Assembly: GCA_000388065.2 (NCBI GenBank)
Contig: KB932202.1
Strand: one strand, 5' to 3'
From: Fonticula alba ATCC 38817
Taxonomy: Eukaryota; Protista; Nucleariida
Length of the DNA stretch: 26,866 nucleotides
The notes under the pieces were generated by a model. The model made no database searches and was not told the DNA's origin. It saw only the letters and a list, made by a program, of their open reading frames with translations. Numbering within the stretch: the stretch's first letter is position 1; each line of letters begins with the position of its first letter. This document shows positions 12,201-26,866 of the stretch, piece after piece. The translations under genes were made by a program, and so were the position numbers.

Positions 12201-13011
12201 CCCGCTCCTGCCTCCCCCCGCCCCCGCCCCCGTCCCGCCCCCGCCCCCTCCGCTCCCCTTCAATAAGGCCACCTCCCCGGTGGGGCCCATCTCGGCCTCC
12301 ATCTCGGCCGACCTCCTGGCCGCGCTGCCCGTCGAGTCGGCGGCCCCGGCGGTCCCGGCCGCCGTGCCCATGGCCCTGGCCATCAGTCGCGTGCAAATCA
12401 CCTCCTCGGTCCTGGCCCCGGTGGCGGTGCACATCCTCCGGCAGCAGGTCCTCTTCAATCGGCTGGTGGGGTCCTGCCTGCCGGCCGGCGGTCGGGTGGC
12501 CACTTCGGCCGATGGCCGGCAGCGGCTGCACTCGCGGCCGGCTCCCCCTGCCGGGGGAGCCGGCATCCTGCTGGGGTGTGCGCAGCTGCCGGCCGAAGGC
12601 CTGGCCGGCCCGTCGGCCGACCTGGCCTCATTGGGCGACCTGCCGCCGGCGGCCGCCAACGGGGGCGAGAGCCCCGATGCGCTGCTCACCGACCAGCAGG
12701 CGGCCCTGCTGCTGGGCATGTCCCTGTCCTTGGGGGTCACCTTCTTCGCGGGGGACGACCCGTCGACCGGGTCGCCGGCCTCCGCCGAGGGCGAGCCCGC
12801 CAGCCTCCCGGACCCGGCCGGCCGGAGCCTGTCCTTCAATGTGTTTGTCCTGCCCGGCGGGGGCATCCATCTGGCGGCCCCGGGCGCCGGGCGCTCCTCG
12901 GAGCCCGATCCAGCCACCGGGGGGGGCTCGCTCCTGCAGGAGATCGGCGCGGAACTGGCGCGCACCGGGTCGCTGGTGCACGGCCTGGCCGCCTGGCGGT
13001 CACGCCTCTGA
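9259..13011 (+). CDS. MED1: Divergent Mediator complex subunit 1 (Med1 domain) protein, 5'-partial, at least 922 aa. Exons <9259-9982, 10129-10204, 10326-10438, 10563-10748, 10882-11202, 11332-11938, 12268-13011
   Basis: The gene model is phase-consistent across six GT-AG introns, with branch-like GCTGAC near 10853 and CTAAC near 11284. Spliced blocks are collinear with remembered Med1-domain blocks: ERQLIRLARQFKLDT, LTVFSANWVLDFTL, GRFDAIEASFRKLV, ALRVSLEAELDLLA, ISRVQITSSVLAPVAVHILRQQVLFNRLVGSCL (cf. human VSKITFQHPGRVPLILNLIRHQVAYNTLIGSCV), and C-terminal IGAELARTGSLVHGLAAWRSRL. Gene existence is high confidence; identity is moderate. Confidence 0.7.
12052..12210 (+). repeat. Degenerate pyrimidine-rich minisatellite (10-11-nt subunits CCCCTTCTCG / CCCGCTCCTG / CCCGCTTCTGT) in the last MED1-like intron
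   Basis: Tandem repeats visible directly, including two identical copies of CCCCTTCTCGTCCCGCTTCTGTCCCGCTCTTG. Confidence 0.85.
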
Positions 13012-13636
13012 CCCCGGGTCACGCCCCGCTCGGCGGGTCCCATGTTCAACCGAAATACCATTCCTCGGCGTTGGCACCTGTGGCGATCTGGCTCGCCTGG
13101 GCTCGTGCGCGCGCGCGCGCGCGCGCTCGGGCCTTCTGGTCGACGCCCGAAGGAGGGGGGCTCTCGTGTGTGTGTGCGTGTATGTGTGTGTGTGTGTGGG
13201 GGGGGGGGCGCCGGTGGCGGCGCGGCGTGCGTCAGTGCGAATGCATGCGTCGTGCTGGGCAGGGGGGGGGGGGACGGCCGACAGACCTCCCCCCGGACGG
13301 GTTCTCCAGTGATTCTTCCCGAGGTCGGCGCGGGGGGAGGGGGGGCTGGCGGGCGGCGGCAGATCTCTGGCGGGCTTTTGTCGCGGCGCGGCGTGGGTCC
13401 CGGCTCTTGGGACTTGCCCACCCCCACCCGCACTCACACACCCACAGAGACAGACACACACTCGGTCTTTCCCTCCTGCTATCTTTCTCTCTCTCTCTCT
13501 CTCTCTATCTCTCGCCTCTCTCCGCGTGCTTTCGCCCCCCTCTCCCCCCCCCCCCTCTGGTTCTCCTTTCCCTCGCATTTGCCCGGTCCCCAGACACGCG
13601 TCTCCGCCTCGTCTATCCCCTCCCCCGCCCAAAGCC

Positions 13637-16291
13637 ATGCTTCGCTTCCAGGGATTCAGCCTTGTGTCGAGGGTGGCCGCCCTGGCGACCAGCCGGTCAC
13701 TGGGGATTGCTTCGCTCCAGCAGCCCCAGACCGGGGTGGACCCCTCGCCCCGCCTGATGGCGCCCGTCCGCTTTTTCCGCCGGGGCTTCTACGATGACGA
13801 TGATGATGACGATTTTAGTGATGATGACTATGGGCGGGGTGGCCGGCGGGGTGGTGCCAGCGAGGACTTCATCGACGCGAAGGACCTGAGGGCGGCCGCG
13901 CGGCGTGAGCAGCAGCAACGCGACGAGCTTCGCCGGCAGCTCCTCGGTTTGGGAAGCCCTCGCGGCACTCGGCCGGGCGACCCGCCGCCCGGCGCCCGCG
14001 GCGGTACTCGCCCGGGGGACTCGCCGTCCGGCGCCCGCGGCGGCACCCGCCCGGGGGACTCTTCGCCCGGCGCCCGCGGCGGCACCCGCCCGGGTGACTC
14101 TTCGCCCGGCGCCCGCGGCGGTACTCGCCCGGGTGATTCGTCCGCCGGCGCCGACTCCGCCAAAAGCTCCAAGCCCACCGGCGTCCGGGCGGCCACCCTG
14201 CAGCAGCTCCGCCAGCAGGATCAACTGATCCCGGAAGCCAAGGTGTATCAGGTGCCGGATGCCCTGTTGCGCAAGCCGTCAAAGGCCGGCATGGACCCGG
14301 CGTCCATTCGCCGGGCGCTGGCCGAGCAAATTGCCGAGAGCGCGGCGGCCGCGGCGGCCGCGGCGGCTGAAGATTCCGCGACGGCGGCCGCGGCCGCCAG
14401 CGCCGACACCAAGCGCCGGAAGAAGCCCACCGAGGCGGAGCCCGTTCGCGGCCGGGGTCTCGGCAAGTTCCTCGAAGCCCGCAAGAAGGAGCTCGAGCTC
14501 AGTGAGACCATCTTCCGCGGGGAGGTGACCCCCGAGCAGGCGGCCATCCTGGCCCGGCGCGCGGAGCGCGACGAGGAGCGTCGCAACGCCCCGGTCATTC
14601 GCGACTACCAAGCCCTCCATGCCTATGAGGAGGAGATGGTCAAGCGCGTGGAGAAGGAGACGTTCAACACGATCCCGGTGCGTGTGCTCGCTGCCTGTCT
14701 CTGTCTCTCTCTCTCTCTCTCGCTCTCGCTCTCGCTCTCGCTCTCGCCCTCGCTCCCCTCGGCCTTCTCGAGGCGCTTCTTTTCGCCTGACTGACGCCCT
14801 GTGACTGCCTGCTGACGGTGTCCATCGCCACCACCACCCCGATCGGCGGGCGGCTCGCAGCTTTCCATGCGTACTTTCTATCGCGATGATCGCATCCGCT
14901 TCAATCCGGTGATCCTCATCGGGCCGGATGGCACAAACCTCGGCGAGGTGGACACCCCCCGGGCGTTGTCCTTCTGCCGGCGCATCAAGGCGCACCTGGT
15001 GCTGGTGTCCACGTCGGAGACCGGCGCCCGGCCGCCGATTGCTCGCATGTTCATGCAGGACAAGGTGGACTTCAGCTCGACCGCCAGTATCCAAAACGCC
15101 AAGAGCCGCGCGCGCAAGGCCGAGGCCGTCATCAAGAAGACCCTCAAGACCAAGGAGATCCGCTTCAGCGTGACCATCAGCAAGTCCGACGCCAAGTACC
15201 GCATCGAGCAGGCCCGGAAGTTCGTGGAGAAGGGCCACCCGGTGCAGTTTGTCTTGGAGTACAGCAATCACCTGTGCGTTCATCGCGCGGCCCCACGCGG
15301 ACGGCGGCGGGGGGGGGGGNNNNNNNNNNNNNNNNNNNNNNNNNNNNNNNNNNNNNNNNNNNNNNNNNNNNNNNNNNNNNNNNNNNNNNNNNNNNNNNNN
15401 NNNNNNNNNNTGCTCTGCCGGCATGCGCGCCGGGCCCAACACCCCCCCCAGGTTTTCCTGGGCCTCTCCTCCCCATTTCACATTGGCGGGGTCCCCGCCC
15501 CCCCCCGGCCTTTTCTTCCCCCGGGTGTCCCGGTTTGGGCCCCCCTCCACCCAAACCACCTTGTTTTTCCCCTTTTCCCGGTGTTTCCTGCCCTCCCCCC
15601 CTTCCCCCCCCCATTGGCCGTCCGCTTTGGGCCCCCTTCCCCCCCCCCCCCTCCCCACCCCTGTTCCTCCCTCCCAGGCTGACCCTCTTGCCGCTCCCCC
15701 TCCCCCACCCCTCCGCACCCCCGGCGCAGCCGTGGCGTCATGCCTCGTGACCTGTATGCCTTCGCCAACTTCCTGGCCGAGGAGTTCATGGACATCGCCC
15801 GCGAGGAGCGCGGCGTCCGCATCGACAACAACCTGGTCACCTTCCAGATTGTGAAGAAGCCCGCGCAGAAGACCTCCCGCGCGCTGGTGCCCCTGTCCCT
15901 GCAGCATCTGTTCAGCCCGCCGGAGTGGGTGCCCGGCATGCCGCCGATCCCGGCCGAGCCGGCCCGCATGGTCGAGGTCCAGGAGTCCGACCCGTACTCC
16001 TTCTACTATTTGCACGAGGGCCCCATCCAGCCTGGGACCCTGCCGCTGCTGTCGCTCGACAGCAAGCTCTACCGCCTGCTCCAGCGCCCGGACCCGCTGG
16101 CCGTCATCATCAGCCCGCGGGAGATGCTGAATGACGCGGTGCGCGAGCGTGTCATCAACATGATCAAGACTTCGAGCGCCCCGGCCGAGTGGCACCCGGG
16201 TTCGTACTTCCCGCTGCCGGTGCGCATTGGCTACCAGTCGGTGGGCGGCATTGTGCGCAAGGTGGATGACAAGCGCCGGGGCCGGGCCTAA
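13637..16291 (+). CDS. MTIF3: Mitochondrial-type translation initiation factor IF3 with long N- and C-terminal extensions, about 671 aa. Exons 13637-14677, 14861-15273, 15730-16291
   Basis: IF3-N: DDRIRFNPVILIGPDGTNLGEV...LVLVSTSETGARPPIARMF. Basic linker. IF3-C: KTKEIRFSVTISKSDAKYRIEQARKFVEKGHPVQFVL, continuing across intron 2 into DLYAFANFLAEEFMDIAREERGVRIDNNLVTFQIVKK. Arg-rich, acid-poor presequence MLRFQGFSLVSRVAALATSRSL...VRFFRR. Both donors are GTGCGT (14678, 15274); CAG acceptors end at 14860 and 15729; phases match. Confidence 0.85.
13961..14152 (+). repeat. Coding 39-nt tandem repeat, about 5 copies, encoding GARGGTRPGDS(S/P)(P/S/A) in the IF3 N-extension
   Basis: Translation RGTRPGDPPPGARGGTRPGDSPSGARGGTRPGDSSPGARGGTRPGDSSPGARGGTRPGDSSAGA. 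Copies differ at synonymous sites (GGT ACT vs GGC ACC; GGG GAC vs GGT GAC vs GGT GAT). Confidence 0.95.
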
Positions 16292-16978
16292 ATCCTGGTG
16301 TGACCATCCGACCGACGGCACCCCCTCTCGAACATGCTAGACCGGAGTGGGGGGTGCCTTGTGCGCGCATGCTGCTGGTGTTCATGAAATACACAACTGT
16401 AGATGAGAGACATATGTGTGTGTGTGAGAGAGAGAGGGTGGGAAGCAGGGCCGGGCCGGGGCCCGAGAAAAGAAGCCCAAGGCACCGGAGAAGGGCACAC
16501 CAAAAAGAGGAACCCCGGGCAGAGCAGGAAAGAGGACAAGGAAGGGTGTATTGTTTTCCTCGAGATCNNNNNNNNNNNNNNNNNNNNNNNNNNNNNNNNN
16601 NNGTCGCGCAAAGTGTTTGCCCCCGGGTGCCTGGCTTGCGGGGGGGGGGGGGGGGGCAAGGGAGAGAGGTACTGCTCGTCGCTCGGCCAGGGGGGCGACA
16701 TGCGACCGGGGAGAGGCACTATGGAAGAAGGAAATGGCGACACGCAGCGAGGAGAGGTGGCATCTTCGTCCGCCGAGAAGACCTCCTCTCTCCTCCCGAG
16801 ATCCACAGCGGCTCGCGTCACATGGCCCCCCGGGCGTTGCGCCATGTGCGCACACACGACACACGGAGAGACGCCCCGCTCCCTCTGTGCCGGCCTCACT
16901 GCGCATACGCAAACACCCCGGGGGGGGGGGGGGGGGGCAGCAACAGCGGCGGAGTGGCACGTGCGGGGAGCCTGGCCA

Positions 16979-25618
<8,640 letters not shown>

Positions 25619-26866
25619 GTGGAAGAGGCGCCCGGGTGCGGGTGGATGTGTGCCTGGAGGGCAACGGGGCGGGGGAGAGCGGGGAGCGGGGATGTGCGTG
25701 CGCGTGCGCGTGCGCGTGCGCCTGCGCTTGACCACCCGCGTGCGTGCGGACACACCAAGCCTCGCGCGGGCGCTCTATCTCTCTCGGGGCGGGAGACGGA
25801 GGGCGGCAAGGGGGGGAGGGGAAAGGGCAAGGGAGGGCGCCGATGACCGGCAGGAGGAAGGACAGAAAGAGAAGAGGAACTGGGGATAGGTGGATGGGGG
25901 ACTGGGAGAAGGGAGGGGGCCGAAAGTTGGCGCCGGAAATACGACACACTCGAGCAAGGAGGAATGCATGGCGCCGATCCCGGCAGGGGCCGCCCCCCCC
26001 CCCGGGGGGGGGGGGGGGGGCAACAAAGAGGATGCGAAGGGAGGGCGGTAGGACAAGAAAAAAGAGAGAGGGAGAGGGGGAGATCCAGGAGGGGCCCCCC
26101 CCCCGCCCCCCCTGTCCATGTGCGGAAGAGGGGTGGACATACACACGCGCACGCATGCGCACATGCAGGCGGGCCGGGGCGGCTATACGACGGCGCGCCA
26201 AACGAGCGAACCGGCACGGCCGGACGCGGCGCTATGCGGCGAGAAGGAGTGTGCGCGTGGATTCAGCGCGCTGTATGGAATGGAGCGGGGGGGCCGGGAA
26301 TGGCGGAAGAGGGAGGGTGCAGGGTGTGGGGCACGGAGGCGAGTGGGGAACAAAGAGGAGGGGGGGGGGCGCCAGGTGCCGGGGGGGTGGAGAGGGGGGC
26401 AAAGGCCGGAAAGTGCCACCTACCACGCCGAAGAAGCAGCCGGCGCGCCATGGACCACACAAAAACCGCATCATCGCAGAGGCGGCCCCCGGGTTCCCCT
26501 GGTCCCTGGCCCCCCGCCGTCGATCGGCAGAGGGGGGAAAGGGCAGGCAGCAGTGGCCATGATCCGGGGGAGGGGGACCATTTGCTGCTGTTCGTGCCAC
26601 TGTGCTGCCGCCGGAGAAATGCGGAGGCACAGGGGGGGGGGGGGGGGCACGCGCCGGGCAGGTGCCACGAGTGGGGTGGGAATGCCGAAAGGGCAAGACA
26701 AAACCAAGTGACATAATACCCATGGTTCCAGGGGCCACGGCCGTAGAGAGGCGCATGTGGGGCGCCCAGAGCAGTTGGGTAGCCGGCCGGAGAGGAAGCC
26801 CGATGGCGAGCCCGCGTGCGTGCATATTAACAACCTCAGGGGCCCCTTGCCATCATGCGAGGTACC

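Noticed and set aside
12039-12267. Leu/Pro-rich repeat peptide (PLLAPLLPLLA) as a coding part of the MED1-like protein
   Set aside because: It is the translation of an intronic pyrimidine minisatellite. The AG sites at 12038 and 12047 give the wrong phase, whereas the 12267 acceptor is in phase with the 11939 donor.
16215-16275. PVRIGYQSVGGIVRKV resembling the C-terminus of ribosomal protein uL24
   Set aside because: Too short, and the KOW motif and the rest of uL24 are absent.
1555-16291. Functional clustering (two mitochondrial proteins, a chaperonin and a Mediator subunit)
   Set aside because: Unrelated housekeeping functions in mixed orientations, with no shared pathway or operon-like layout.
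25619-26866. Several overlapping ORFs at the right end
   Set aside because: No motifs, and they are built from purine-rich and homopolymer tracts. Best read as kinase 5' UTR/promoter and intergenic DNA.

Overview
Intron-rich, very GC-rich eukaryotic genomic DNA from a draft assembly with six N gaps. It is not prokaryotic or viral, and I see no CRISPR array, mobile element or RNA gene. The six-frame ORF track is mostly GC-driven noise, so I rebuilt spliced gene models by hand from GT-AG sites, reading-frame phase and remembered homolog sequences. Five protein-coding genes result. (1) CCT7/TCP-1 eta chaperonin, + strand 1555-3594, with one exon lost in a gap. (2) A PYROXD2-like FAD oxidoreductase of the phytoene-desaturase family, - strand 7953-4401, 12 exons, 632 aa. 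(3) A divergent Mediator subunit MED1-like protein, + strand <9259-13011, with its 5' end in a gap. (4) An unusually large (about 671 aa) mitochondrial-type translation initiation factor IF3, + strand 13637-16291. (5) A very large (about 2400 aa) TKL-group MLK/TAK1-like kinase, - strand about 25618-16979, with a roughly 1500-aa low-complexity tail. Composition, homopolymer-laden introns and protein style suggest a protist-grade opisthokont such as Fonticula; this is inference only. I found no convincing novel multi-gene system. The most notable signals are the hidden MED1, the extended IF3, a 5' splice-site consensus with no +4 A (GTRYGY, mostly +4 C), and the kinase tail. All homology statements come from remembered family motifs, not from a search.
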